Below the pieces are notes generated by a model. It did no database searches, was not told the origin of the DNA, and saw nothing but the letters and a program-made list of their open reading frames with translations. Of a stretch of DNA of 64,000 nt, positions 13,520 to 26,930 are shown piece by piece. A program made the translations under genes and the position numbers. Position 1 is the stretch's first letter; each line of letters opens with the position of its first letter. Source of the stretch: Selaginella moellendorffii (lineage: Eukaryota > Plantae > Lycopodiophyta); NCBI RefSeq assembly GCF_000143415.4, contig NW_003314280.1, forward strand, positions 806,001 through 870,000, read 5' to 3'.

Positions 13520-14179
13520 GCTGTAATAGCGGATAAAATGCAAAATGTTTAGAATAAACAATCAAATAAAACTATACTAATATTATTGATCATTGGAGTT
13601 ATTTTAGAGTTGGATTTCAGGAATCTCATACTTTCAGCCTTAAAAACATTAAACTTGAGCGTGCTCTTATTCACGTCCATGGAGCGTGCCGATGTCGATC
13701 GACTCCAGCTCTCGCTCCTTAAGCTGCAAGCCCTTCATCACACAGAATTCCTTCAGCGCCTTTGTTCGATCAACAACCGTTGATCGAAGTGACAATGCCT
13801 GTGAGATAGGCATCTGAGGCCGCAGCTGCTCGCCACAAGAAACTCCACTTCTTCAACTTCATGCTGCTCATGGGATTTTCCCAGCAGCTCCACCCATCGT
13901 CGTTTTCGTTGTCGCTCGCCCGCCACTCCTAGAAAAGCGGGAGTCGAACCTTTAGATCTGGCAACAATCGGACATCCACGTGCCGCCATTAGCAAATTTG
14001 CTAATTTATACTTAATTAACACTGTATACCAAACGTATTTTAATAATGTACGTATATAATAAAATGAATAATGATCAAATCTCCAGCTCGTCCACCTTGC
14101 CGCTGCCGTCCTTTGTAGCTTCAAGCGTGTGACTTTTGATGAATATCAATCCGCTCGTAGATGAATATTTGGACCCTTC

Positions 14180-16462
14180 TTATCCGGCCGCCTCCTGTAT
14201 AGTCTTGAGCTTATCATGATCCTTCCACAGCCCCGCGCTCCGGTAGATGCTCGCCATCAGAACGTACGCAGCCGAGTCTTTCTCGTCGATCTTCGTCAGT
14301 GCCTCGAACGCAATCCTCCCCACTTCCACGTTCTTCCACTTGCGGCAGGCCCCGAGGACGGTCCTCCAAACCACAGATCCACCATGCACTGCTGTAGTGA
14401 TGAATCCCGCAAACAATGCCAGAGTTCGGGTCCATTGCCTGGAAAAACTCCCTGCCTCGTTCAACCAGGCCGCCGTGGCTGCAAGCAGTGATGACCGAGA
14501 CAAACGTGATCGCGTTTGCTCGCACGCCATCTCCTCGCATCTCGCGGAAGGCTTCGAACACGCGCGACGTGTTACCCGGTTGGCCGATTCCTGTGATCAG
14601 TGCATTTCTCGGACTGCCAGAGATCCAAACAAGTGCTCGGCCGCACCTCCCGTAGAAGTTTACCATGCACGTCCCCACAACATGGTCGTCTTCCAGCCCA
14701 CGCCTGTAAAACTCAGTCTGGATTTTCCTTCCAGCTTCGCTGGACCCAATGTTCCCACAGGCCGTAAGTCCCGCTACAAGAGTCCGAGAGTTTGGAGCAC
14801 AGTCCATGCTCTCCAAGAGTTCCAGCCCGAGCTCACTCTCACCGTTGTCTACATATCCCTGTATCAAGCTCGTCCAAACGACAACGTCCCGGCTAGGCAT
14901 GCGTTTGAGAACTGCTCGAGTTTTCACCATATCTCCACACTTCACCAAGCTGTTCTCGACAAATCTGTCCTTGCAGCATCCAAACTTCGCGGCGAGAGAA
15001 TGAATCTCCATCCCCTTTCTAGGCTCTGGATTCGCAATAGCTTTCCATCTTCTCGCGGAACAGGTTGTTCGGACGCTGAAAGGTGGACGCAGGCCATGAC
15101 CGCAGCAATAAACGTTCTCTCGTCCGGATCGTTCTCCCGAGCCATGCCGAAGACCAGCTCCAAGGCCAGCTTGCTGTCTCCACTTCCAGCAGATCCCTGG
15201 ATCATTGCGTTCCACGAAACCACGTCTCGGCCAGCCATGCCATCGAAGACCTTGCGAGCTTCCTCTAGCTTCCCATACTTCGCGTACATATCGATCAGTG
15301 CGTTCCCCACGAACACATCCTCACAGCACCTGTTGTTTGAAGCTTTAACGTGGATAGCCAGCCCAGTTTCCAAGCTCTTTCTCTTCACGAGTTTCCCGTC
15401 GACATCCACCACTTCCTCTCGCATTGCCGAGCTCGCACAGGCGGCAAGCGCAGCAACATACGTTCGAGAGTTTGGACAGCACCCGGATAGCTTCATATCT
15501 TCGAAGAACACGAGAGCCAGCTCGCTTTCCCGTTGTCCACAAAGCCTTGTATCAAGCTCGTCCAGAGCACGACATCACGGCGAGGCATGCTCTCGAAAAC
15601 CATCCGCGCGTCGACCATGCTCCATCGTGAACAGCGAGCCCCTTCTCCAGGCTCTTCGTCTTATCTCCTTGAGTGGCCTCCTCTTTCACTGCTAGATTCG
15701 CACAGGCCTTGGCAGCAGCAACGAAAGTCCGAGAGCTTGGCGAGCGGTCCATCTTCCCAAAGAACTCGAGAGCGACCTCGCTTTCTCCCTTCTCTACGTA
15801 GCCCAGTATCAAAGCGTTCCAGGAGACCACGCATCTCATCGAAGACCGATCGAGCATCGAGCATGCTGCCGCACTTGGAGTAAATATCGATCAGCGAGCT
15901 CGAAAACGTCTTCGCTGCAAGATGGTCCCATCTGCTTGGCTTGAGAATGGATGCCTCTGCCGGTCTCGAGACTAGCCTCCTTGACGAGCTTCCCATCGAC
16001 CAAAACAGCGGCTTCCTTCGCCGCGAGGCTGCTACAAGCCTTCGACGCGGCCATGAAGCTCCTGGAGTTTGGCTTGCAGCCCGACCGCCTGGCTTGCATC
16101 CTCTCGAAGAGATCCAGAGCCACATCGCTCTCGCCATTGTAGCCCAGCATCAAAACGTTCCAGGACATCACGTTTGGGTGAAGAATGCTGTCGAACACGC
16201 GGCGGGAATCCTCCATGCTGCCGCATTTTGCGTACATGTCCACCAGCGCATTGACGACATGGATCCCCAGCTGCTTGCTCTCCACCGCCTGGGCGTGGAT
16301 CGCCTTGCCCTGGCGCAAATCCCTTGTGCTGCCACATACCTTCAGCGCCGACACCAGCGCGGCCACCTGCTGATCGGGCTGCGCTGCCGAAGGAGCGAAT
16401 GCTGGTGCGGCGCATCGAATCGCTGCCGTCGCCAAGCCACAGAACAAGCGAACTCTTCCCAT
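14180..16462 (-). pseudogene. PLS-E subclass PPR pseudogene (copy 2)
   Basis: Repeated NALVDMYAKCGS/DVVSWNAMI motifs and an E domain (VWRTVLGACRKWKNVEVGRIAFEAL...AAYVLMASIY). No DYW domain. Many small deletions and frameshifts. Confidence 0.9.
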
Positions 16463-16489
16463 CCATCGCAAGAACCCTAAATATTTGCT

Positions 16490-17560
16490 AGCAACATGGA
16501 AATTCAACCAAGGCCGTCGATTCAAGAATATCGGACGGTTGGAACTGAATCTGGGACCATTTACATTCACCAATGTTCTTCTCATACACCGTGAAGGCAA
16601 TCCCCACGCCCGGAAAAAAGGCACTCGAGCAAAATCCCCCTGTACAACCCAGCAATGTGCCTCAGCGAGCTCGCAATCCCCATCTCCGATCGCCCTCAAG
16701 TTGCATCCTTCTCCTTCCCAAATCAATCGGAAACACCACTGAAAACAGGAGCGATGGCGATCAAACGTAATCGATCTTGATCTGTTGAGGGCTACTCCAC
16801 CGGAGATCAAGCTCGTCATCATCCTAGACGAGTCGGGCCTGAAAGTAAACATGCTCACACTCTAGTCCAAGGACTCGAAACTAAGAAAAAATCCACCTTT
16901 GAGCGTTCCAGTAGTTGTAGAGAGTCTCGTACACACAGAAGTTTATTGCAATTGTTGGGCCTACGGACTGGCAGGGAGAAAAACCAATAAGCTCTCGAAG
17001 AACGTACTAAAAGAGTCGGCCAGAGCCCCTTGTAAAGGCCAAGAAAGCTCTCCTGTGGAAAGCGCGTGGCAGATGCCCGTGTAGTGCTTTGAGGTTGTAT
17101 GCAAATCACAGGGGTCATTTCACTTGCGAGGTGAAGAGCACGGCGCAAAATAAGTCCCAAGAAACTCCCTGTCAAAGCCATACTTCAGCTAAGAGCTTCT
17201 GTTGATGATTGTGGGTGCCGTGGTGTGATGTTCCAGAGAAGTCGTTTGGCTGCCGGATGCTGGATCTCTTGGTGGCACTCGGACGTCCGGCATGATTTCA
17301 GGCGCTTGGCTGCCGTTTCAGTCTGCTGGAGCCACAAGCTCGTGGAGCGTGATCGCTTGATCCAAGCTGACCGGTGCCATCCTGCACTGTTGCGTGCTAT
17401 TCACTCGGAAGACTACGCTTGAAGTCATATCGAGGATAAGTTATTTCGTCTTTCTTCCAGCTTTGATGGTCCAGCACGCTTCAAAGTGATCTATCGTTGA
17501 CTGTTTTTCTTTGAACATCAGTCCAACTGGTGGACTAGATAGTCATGGTCCTAAAGGAGA
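16490..17560 (-). pseudogene. Mitochondrial carrier (SLC25) pseudogene (copy 2)
   Basis: GLYKGL, VGPTIAINFCVYETL, RRMQLEG, GLYRGILLE and PGVGIAFTVYE motifs, with frameshifts. Confidence 0.7.
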
Positions 17561-17689
17561 TGTACTGTGTTCCGTAAGAAGTTCCAAGTCCACATTCTAT
17601 ATTCCAGATCCCGCTACCTTGTGCAGTTTTCTGATCTATCAAATGGTTTGAATAAGAAGTAGCGGCCACGTCTTTCTCCAATTTGCTGC

Positions 17690-18200
17690 GGTTTTGTTTC
17701 TACTCTGCCTTTTTCACAACATCTCGGTCGCAGTGCCCCAGGAATCCATCCGGGATTGTCAACGACACACAGGTTCTTCTCTCTCTCGGAGTGGCATCAA
17801 CGTGTGGAACGAGACTGTCAATCCAAACGAATGGCTGGGCCTGTCTCGCCTGGACCTCTCTCATAACAACATCTCCTCGCTGAAGGTGGTTGGCTGCAAG
17901 AACATGTGGCTCAAGCTTCTCAACTTCTTTGCAAGAGTTCCTGGAAAATCTCTCCAGCCTTGAGAGTTTAGAAATCTTGGATCTCAGTTAGAACATCTTA
18001 CAGTCCCATAACGACCTTCTTTCCATCAGATGGAGCTCTTGCACAACGAATTCAGCGGCTCCATTCCAGAGACTCACGAACTTGACATGCCCGGAGATTT
18101 TGTATAACAGGTTTAATGGAGATCTACCCTCTGTGGAATGTCTCCAAACATTCCAGACCAGGCTTGTGTTTGTGCGCTGCAAGTAACTTTGTCTCTGAAC
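17690..18200 (+). pseudogene. LRR gene fragment (copy 2)
   Basis: Signal-like hydrophobic start, LSRLDLSHNNISSL and ELLHNEFSGSIP, with stops. Confidence 0.65.
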
Positions 18201-19810
18201 CATAATTTCAATCTCAATAAATTTTTGAATATATGTTTAGTTTGCATAAGTATGGTAATAGATATATCTAGAATATGCTTGAAAATTTTGGTTTATTCTT
18301 TAATGTTGTGTTTATAATTTATAAACATGTATATCATTTAAAATTTGCTATGTGTTGCATGCAGCAATGCTTTGGTTTTCTTAATAGTAGTGTTATTCCT
18401 TTATTAATCCAATTGATCAAATGAAAGTTTATAATTATAAACATATTTATAATTTATAAACACAAAATTAATCTTATTGAATATTAACCATTATATGGTA
18501 GAATAAACAAGAATATACAAGGAAGCGTTTAATAAGAAAGTTTATAAATTATAAATACAAGATTAATCTAAATGTATAGCAACCATTAGATGGTAGAATA
18601 TCCTAGAATATCCAAGAATATTCTAGGTTTATTCATTAGCAACGGGTTTGCTTAAGCAAACCAAAAATTTCCATAAACACCTCCAAGTATATTCTAGCAT
18701 ATTCTACAATCTAATGATGTATATACATTTAGATTAATCATGTGTTTTTTATTTATAGTAAATTTAACTTATATTAAAAATATGTTTTTATACACTTTTA
18801 GAGCACTTTTCCTGCTGGCTTTGCACGCAATGGTTCAGAGATCCTGCATGGGACCTGTGGTAGCAATATGAAATATTACTTCTCTTTGCTATTCTGTTTT
18901 AACCCAAACACCCACACATCTCCATATTCTTGCCAACCCAGACTGCCTTGAAGCTTATTAACTAACTCACTAAGTGATATTGTAACTTCTATAGAGGTGC
19001 AGAAGTTCACGTGGAGAGGGCAGCTCATTATGGAGGATATTTCCTTGGATCCTTATATGACTTTCTCTAATTCTATAATTTTTTAGTTTACTTAAACAAA
19101 GTAATACACATAGATATGCTTGGATATTCTATTATCTAACAGTTGTTATTCATATTTATTAATTTGGTAATTATAATTTATATACATGATTATAATTTGT
19201 AAACTTTCATAAACACTTACTAGTATATTCTATTTTATACTACCATCTAATGGTTGATACACAATAAGATTAATGATGGATAATTATTGATCAATTAGAT
19301 AATACTAAACAGGAATACTACTATTAAGCAAACTATACATGCAATGAGTAGCAATTTGTTTTATAAATAAAGTTCCCTATTCTCAATTATAGACCATATA
19401 TTCTTTCACATTTGAAATGATTTATTATAGTAGTTGATATATTAAGTTTTAATATACATTAAATTTTAAGTATATTATAATTGGTACAAAATAGACAGAT
19501 TATAAAAAACATTTATGTCATTGTAATTAATATTCCAATGCAATACACAACAAATTAATTTTCTGTATTTACTAAATTCTATTTAACTTTATAAAGTGAC
19601 ATAATAAAAACCTTGAAAAACAATACTCAAAACACATCTAAAAAAATTGAAAAGCTAAAGAAATTAGGTAAAGCCAATAATGAGGAAAAAAGAAGAAATA
19701 TTAAATAGGTGTTGTAATACTAAAGTTAGGATTAAAATAGAATAAGTGAAGAAGAGATATAAAAATACCAAAAAAACTTAATTTAATAACTATAAAATAT
19801 AATAATTAGT

Positions 19811-22800
19811 TGTGAGTGCTTGGAATAAGGAAAGAGAATACAGAAAATGTGTATATTAATTACTCCAAAAACCCTAGCTTATATACAAGAGCAAATGGTC
19901 CGAATTAAAATTAATCTAATAGCTATCAAAATCCCACTATGCTAATCCCACTATATATTAGTATACGGCATCATAATCGTACATTTGGACTTCATATCAT
20001 CCCCTCTTCTCAGAATAATGGAAGACCATCAAGGTTCTCTTGTAGGTGGGCCAGGATCTAAAGGAATGTCAAGAGGAGGCATCAGTAGATCTATAGATGG
20101 TATTAGGTGTTCCTGATGCCTTTGTATAAAGCGCTCTAACTGTTGCACATGCACAATTTCTGGAGGATCAGTCTGCTGGATATCATGCCGAACTTCATAA
20201 ACTTGCGGTCCAACTTGCTATAACACCTATATGGTCCTTTCCACTAAGCAAGGAGCCTCTTAAATAAACCATATATTGTAAAATGGGGAAAACAAACTAA
20301 CACCAAGTCATCCACTTTGTACTCTGCAAGTGGACGATGATAGAGTTATAACACCATTGTTATTCCAGTTGTATGCAGCCTAAGTGTTTGGCAGATTCTG
20401 CTTGGACAAGTGGAAGAATGCTCATTAAATATTGATCCCACGACTTAGCATCAGCAGCTCATGGCAATTGCAAAGGTAAACCTAATTCCGTTGGTAATAT
20501 TAAATAATGACCATATAGGAGTTTATATGGTGATGCACCAACAGAATTTTGCACCTCTGTGACATATGCATATCGAAGAGATGGCAAATAACCATCCCAA
20601 TGCGAATGCTGAAAGTTCACATACTTTGCAATTATTCCTTTGAATGTCCAAACGAGCCGTTCCACCAAACTGTTTGACTGTGGATGATAAGCACTTGTGA
20701 AAGTGTGGTGTATCCCCAACTAAGACGTCAAAACATGAAATGCCTCAGCTATAAATGCGGAACTATTATCTGAAAGAATCCGCTTTGGACAAGAATGCTG
20801 GAACACCACTCGATTGAGGAGGAAGTATTCAACAACAGTTGCAGAGGCACTAGCAAGAGCACCAACTTCCACCCAAAAAGTCAAATAATTAAAAACAATA
20901 ATAATATATTCATTGCCAGCAATCGATAATGAAAAAGGTCCCATAAGATCAAATGCCACCAACTCAAATGGACGGAAAGCTGCAATTGACTCCAACCGTC
21001 CTTCCATGGCACAAGGGGGAGTATTACAAACTTGGCATTAAACGCAGCTACGCACATACCAGATAACATCATGTCACATCTTTGGCTAATAGAAAGACCT
21101 GTGCAGCTTCTTGGTTACACAATGATGTCCCATATTCTCGCCTAGAATAAGAGAATCATGGTAGACATGGAGAAACTGTGGAATAAAAACGGAAAGCACC
21201 ACCAGCCATAAAGGATCATTAGGATCCATCCCTATAAAATAAAGAAGGCCGTCTTCAAGGCGATATAGAGAATGTAAATGCTAGAATGGCAAGTCATCAG
21301 CAAGTGATGTAGGATTCTCAAACCCATTTCGAAGCCTTCAAATCCAGAGCTCAAGCTTTTAAGCCTCGCGAACCTCATCAAAAAAACTATAGATCTTGCT
21401 CTGCACCTTGTGGATATTACATATCAAGTATAGCAACTGCCAACGGGACAAAATCCTCATCTAAAAAATCCAAAGATGCTGGAACAATAGGCTTGTAAAA
21501 AATATGAGAAGAGAGTGGAGAAGGAAGAGGAGCTCGAGAAAGGGCATTAGCATCAGCCATAGAACTCCCTAGGCGATGAACAACATCAAAATTATATCTC
21601 TGAAGTTTCAAAGCCCACTAAGCAGTACGACCAACTAGGTTCTTTCGCTTCAATAATGAAGTAATGACAACATGATTACCTTCAAGTAACATTTGAGAAC
21701 CATGTAGATATGCATGAAGTTTCTCGAAACCCCAGACTACTACTAAACACTCCTTCTCTGTCATGGAGTATTTCACCTTTGCTAGTTGTAATATACTGCT
21801 TATATATACAATGGGATAGCATTAACCAAGCACACTTAGACTCTCTTGCATCAACACACCTCCAAAACCAATATCAGAAGCATCTACGCACAAAATAAAA
21901 GGTCAAGTGTAGTCAGGATATGCCAAAACTGGAGGAATCGTCAAAAGCTCTTTAAGATCCACAAACACCCACTCACTGTCTAAAGACCAAATGAAAGATG
22001 ATATTGATGACTTCAGTAACATTTGCAATAATGCAATGCAATCAGAAAAATGATCCACAAAACAACTAAAATACTACACCTTGCTTAGGAAGCATTGCAT
22101 ATCATTCATACACTTCAGAGTAAGGAACTTTAGAACAGCCACAAGTTTGTCAGTATCAACTTGCAAACCCTTACGAAAAATACGGTACCCAAGATAAGTT
22201 GTATCCTTGGACCTAAACATGTATTTCGACCGCTTCAGCTTTAAACTAACATCCCGTTGCCGATCCAACACTTTACAAATGTCATGAATGTGCTCCTCCC
22301 ATGTCCTCTCTAAGTGGATCAAGACATCATTAATGAAGTCAGCAATTACCTCTAATATATTGCAAAGAACCTTGTCCATCATCCGCTAGAAATTTGCTAG
22401 AGCATTGTTCAAACCAAATGGCATCACCAAGAATTTGTACAAACCAAATGGTGTATGAAAAGCAGTCTTAGAAATATCTTCTTTAGCCATTGGTACTTGC
22501 CAGTACCCAAAAGTAAGATTTAGCCTTGTGAACCAACGACTTTGCCCCAGACGATCCAAGAGATTAGTAGTATGAGGAAGAGGGTACATATCTAGGATCA
22601 TCACTTCGTTTAACGGACGATAGTCGATGCAAAAATGAATACTCCCATTAGACTTCGTTACAAGATGAGGTTCACATGCCCAAGGACTCCACGACATCCG
22701 AATAACACCCTTCTCCAACATCTCCTTGACATTTGCACATAAAACCTTGATCTCTTTGGGTGACCGACAACGAACAGGAACCTTGATTGGATGAGCATCC

Positions 22801-24472
22801 CTAGTTGGAATCAGATGACGTGTGGCAATCTTGGTCCCAGACGATAGGTCAAATTCAAAAAGATCAGAATACTCCTTCATGAGTCAGTCAACCGCTGCAA
22901 CACAAAAATTGTCAGAGGGATTGGAAAATTGGTTCCACCGCACAACGCAAGTGTAGATGGCAATATGTGGCAATAGGTCAAGAAATAGAAGATAAACTCG
23001 AGTTTATCTTCTATTGAATAATAAACATAGAGAGAATAATAGGAAACCTCTTGTTTTAAAAATGAGTTTGGAAAATAAACACTAGATGGACTAGTGTCAA
23101 GTGAACCACTTGATGATACTCCCGAAAGAAAGATAGAGGGGTCACTGACTTATTTGTGCAAGGTCCCTTCATTACTCACGCAACTCCTTGTTTCCCGGAT
23201 GCATCTCGGTGTCTAGACCTTCCACTGCATCAACACCAATAAGACGTTGTTGACGCCAAGGTCTCCACCCAGGAAATGGAGGTCACCAATCCAGAAAATG
23301 CCGACAACATCGATAAGTGTGACCAACTTCATCACATGCCCAACAGCGAATGTCACGGCTACTACCACATCTTCACTCTTGTTTCTGGACTCAAGCAGTA
23401 GCAACATCGACCTCCATTGGAATAAGACCATTGCTCACAGAAAGTGGAGCGAAAGGATGTGCAACGAGAAGTGGAACAGGTGATGTCTCATAATGTTATG
23501 CCAAATGAAGAGCATCATCAAGGGTGGTTGGAATAAATGCATGCACAAGTCCAACAAAATTTTGACGAAATGCTGGCCACAACATTCCTGGCTTGATACA
23601 TTCTAACATATTTGGATCCACATGAAGCAAGAGGCTAAAAAAACGAACGCCAAATTGCATTATTGACTCAGATGGCTCTTGACGAAGACGATGCAATTGC
23701 TGGAAGGCATCATCACAATCGTCAGCATGTCCAAATGCGCATTTGAAGACGTCCAGGAGAACACTCCAATCCCCACGAGTGGCTACACTCAAATCATTGT
23801 ACCACCGCAATGCCGTCCCTTAAAGACACGTGGGAAACTTATGCAAATGTCAAGCATCATCCTAAAAATGATATATGGCAATCACCGTGAAGTGATCGAA
23901 CCAATTGTACACATCATCTCTAAAATTCCCACAAAAGAACTCTAGTTGAATGCGAAGATTGGCACAAGGAGTAGGAGGAGTTGTACCATGTGCCGTGAAT
24001 GCCGCCATCAACTAAGTTTGGTTGTTCAATTGCAATTGCATTGCATTAAACAATTGAACCAACTGTTACGTTAGAGTCAAAGGAGGAGACTGCTACTCTA
24101 CCATAAAGGTGAATGAATAGGAAAGAGCAAAAGACGAGAAATGAGAAAAAAAACTAGAAGGAAAAAGAGATTTAGACAATGGAAAAGTTAGACCTAAACC
24201 AAAATCCTGAAAAGAAAGAACAAAAGAAAGGAAATGGAAAAAACTAGATCTAGATGACGCAAAAGTTGGATTTAAACCAAAATCCCAAATCTAAGCACTC
24301 CTCAGGGACAATAAAAAATGCCCCTCAACTCCACCAATATGAGTGCTTGGAATAAAAAATGGAAATACATGTAAGAGCGAGTGGTCCGGATTAAAGCCAA
24401 TTTGATGGCTACCAAAATTCCACTATGTTAATATTAGTATATGGCATCATAGCTGTACACTTGGACCTCATA
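19811..24472 (-). mobile_element. Ty3/Gypsy LTR retrotransposon, defective, with two LTRs
   Basis: LTRs 19811-19996 and 24338-24472. PPT (reverse complement TCATCCCCTCTTCT) at 19997-20010. PBS-like TGGTGGAGTTGAGGGG at about 24320-24336. Order gag-RT-RH-INT. Empty sites at about 9855 and 35270. Confidence 0.92.
20130..23950 (-). pseudogene. Gypsy gag-pol remnants
   Basis: gag (QQLHRLRQEPSESI), RT (SPWACEPHLVTKSNGSIHFCIDYRPLN, KTAFHTPFGLYKFLVMPFGL, FINDVLI), RNase H end (LQRYNFDVVHRLGSSMADANALSR), integrase (PFELVAFDLMGP, TSAYHPQSNSLVER). Confidence 0.9.
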
Positions 24473-24603
24473 TAATAAATTTATAGAGAAAAGTATTATT
24501 ATCTCAACCTCTAAAAAATGCTAAAAATAGTTGTATATATATGTAGATAGACTAGCTTTTAAATAATTTTTAATATTAAGTTAGGTATTAAAAACATAAA
24601 ATG

Positions 24604-26930
24604 TATGAGTGCATAGAATATAAAAATAAAATACAGAAATGTGCATATTTGATTAATCTAAAAACCCTAGCTTATGTACAAGGGTTTGAATTGAAACTAA
24701 TCCAATAGCTATTAAAATCCTACAATACCAATATTAATTTATGCAATTGTATATCATCCCCTTCTTCTTAAAAGATGAAAGCAATTAAGGTTGTTTGGTT
24801 GATGAGTTGGGATTTTGAGAAACATTAGAAAAAGACACTAGTGTATTTGTAGGCAATTTTAATCCTTTTATATAACCACATAGCATAAAGTTGAGATCAT
24901 CCACTTTATACTCTATAGGTAGATGATGATAATAGTTGAGTGTTCAATAGATTCTTCTCAAATCATTGGATGAATACTTATTGTATATTGATCCTAGGAC
25001 TTAACATCAATAACTCATAGTAATTAAGAAGGTAAACTCAACTTTGTTAGCAATATTAAATCATCATTATATAAAAATTTATTTAGTGAAACATTAATAA
25101 AAATCTCTCTATGATATACGAATACCAAAAAGATAAAAAATAACTATCATAGTCTAAATTGTTAAAAGTTTATATGCTTTATGATCATCTATTTGAAGGT
25201 CTGAATTACCTATTCCACCAAACCATCTGTCTATGGATAATAAACACTTGTGATAATGTGTTGTATCCTCAATCAAGATGTAAGCAACCAAAAGGAACGA
25301 CTTGAGAGACGATCCATGGGGTTCAAATATAGAGGGAAAGGGCCCATGAATAAGAGTGCACCCCCTTTTCCAATCGGTTAAGGGTCTTGGGATATTTGGG
25401 GTTAAGCGTCCTTGGGTTTGAATAGTACTGGGCTGGGTGACCTCCCGGGAAGTCCAAACTCAAGAGTTTACACAAGACATCAAGATATAAAATGCTTTAG
25501 CCATAAATGCAAGACCTTTATCTAAAAGAATCTACTCCGGATATAAATGTTAAACCACCAAAAAGCAATACTGACATACTCATTGTTAACAGTTGATTGT
25601 GGAAAAAACTCTATTAAATCAAATGTCATAAGCTCAAAAGGATGAAAATTACAATTAACTTTAACCATGGTTTTCAAATATTGCTATTGCAATTACTTCA
25701 TTATTAAAGTGGAGGTACTATTGTTTTTACTATTTAATAGGTATAAAACTTTAAGTATATAATTTTGAGATTGTTTATTACTTAAACAGTTTTATGGTTA
25801 ACGTTAACACCCTTTTTTGAGTTTTTATCTTTTCTTTACTCTCTTTTTATGTTCTTGACCATATTATTCTAGTATCAAAAAATTTTTTAGATAAGGATTC
25901 CATGGCATTGGTAATTGTTATATTTAATATTTAATGTCCATAGAGTGTAAAACTAAATTTATCTTTTCTTGACAAAGTTCGTGAGGCTCAAAAAGTTAAG
26001 CCATAAATCTAAAGCTTTTGATGGGTTTGAGAATCTTACATCACTTGTTAATAATTTATTCTTTTGATATTTACATTTTTAATACTGCCTTAAAGATGAC
26101 TTTCTTTACTTTGTGAAGATTGATTTTAATAATTATGTGGTGCCTTTAATCTTTATTCTACACTTTCTTTATATATACCATGACTTTTCTATTCTAGATA
26201 AGCATATAAGACATCAATGTGTGAGTGAGAAGCTATGCAAGTTTTTTTTTATTGGTGGAAGATGCAACATAATGTTATTTAATATTTGCATAGTTGCATA
26301 AACTTGTAATACTCCCCTCATGGTGCAAAAGGATGATTAAAGTTGATTATAACTTGTCTTGTTAAATGGAAGTTAGTGCTCTTGCTAGTGCATATATAAC
26401 TATTATTAGATATTTTTTCCTCAATTGAATGGTGTTTTAACATTCATATTTAGAGCAGATTTTCCCAGATAATAATTTTGCATTTATGGCTGAGACATTT
26501 TATATTTTGACATCTTGACTAGGGATACATCACAATTTCACAACACAAATGGATGGTTTAGTGAAATTGTTTATTTAGACTTTTAAGAGGATAATCTTAT
26601 AAAGTATACGAACTTTTAACATTTAGATTGGGATGGTTATTTGTTATCCCTCTGGTATGTATATATCACAAGAATGTAGATTTCAATTAGTGCTTTACCA
26701 TAAAAACTCTTATATGATTGTGACTTGATATTGCTATTAGAGTTGAGTTTATCTTCACGATTGTTATAAATTATCAATACTAAATCTAGAAATCAATATT
26801 TGACATGCTTTGTGGAGGACTATCTTCACTCTATTGCACCATACTTAGAAGAGAATCAAAGAATTTGAGTAAGAGATGAAAAGCTAAGATAATTTGAGAT
26901 TATTAAAGACCTATACTTATACAACAATTG
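24604..26930 (-). mobile_element. Old, AT-decayed Gypsy remnant (copy 2)
   Basis: Homologous to 9991-11460 and 35398-37680. LTR and PPT related to the 19811 element. Confidence 0.7.
25279..25472 (+). mobile_element. Cassandra-like solo LTR (194 bp) with a 5S rRNA-derived Pol III promoter region
   Basis: TGTAA...TTACA ends. 5-bp TSD CAAGA at 25274-25278 and 25473-25477. Empty site AATCAAGACAT at about 36062. 25401-25455 GTTAAGCGTCCTTGGGTTTGAATAGTACTGGGCTGGGTGACCTCCCGGGAAGTCC matches the plant 5S rRNA box A-IE-box C segment. Confidence 0.9.

Noticed and set aside
13640-13990. Gene relic downstream of the orphan gene (also 29410-29700 and 39860-40240)
   Set aside because: Coding-like composition but frameshifted, and I could not assign a family.
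14247-15695. Long + strand ORFs (482 aa here, 446 aa at 31397-32737)
   Set aside because: Antisense shadows of GC-rich PPR pseudogenes.
14180-16462. PPR frameshifts rescued by RNA editing or tiny introns
   Set aside because: Lesions are deletions that differ among copies and lack splice signals.
25401-25455. 5S rRNA gene
   Set aside because: Only about 55 bp of 5S-like sequence, embedded in an LTR flanked by a TSD.
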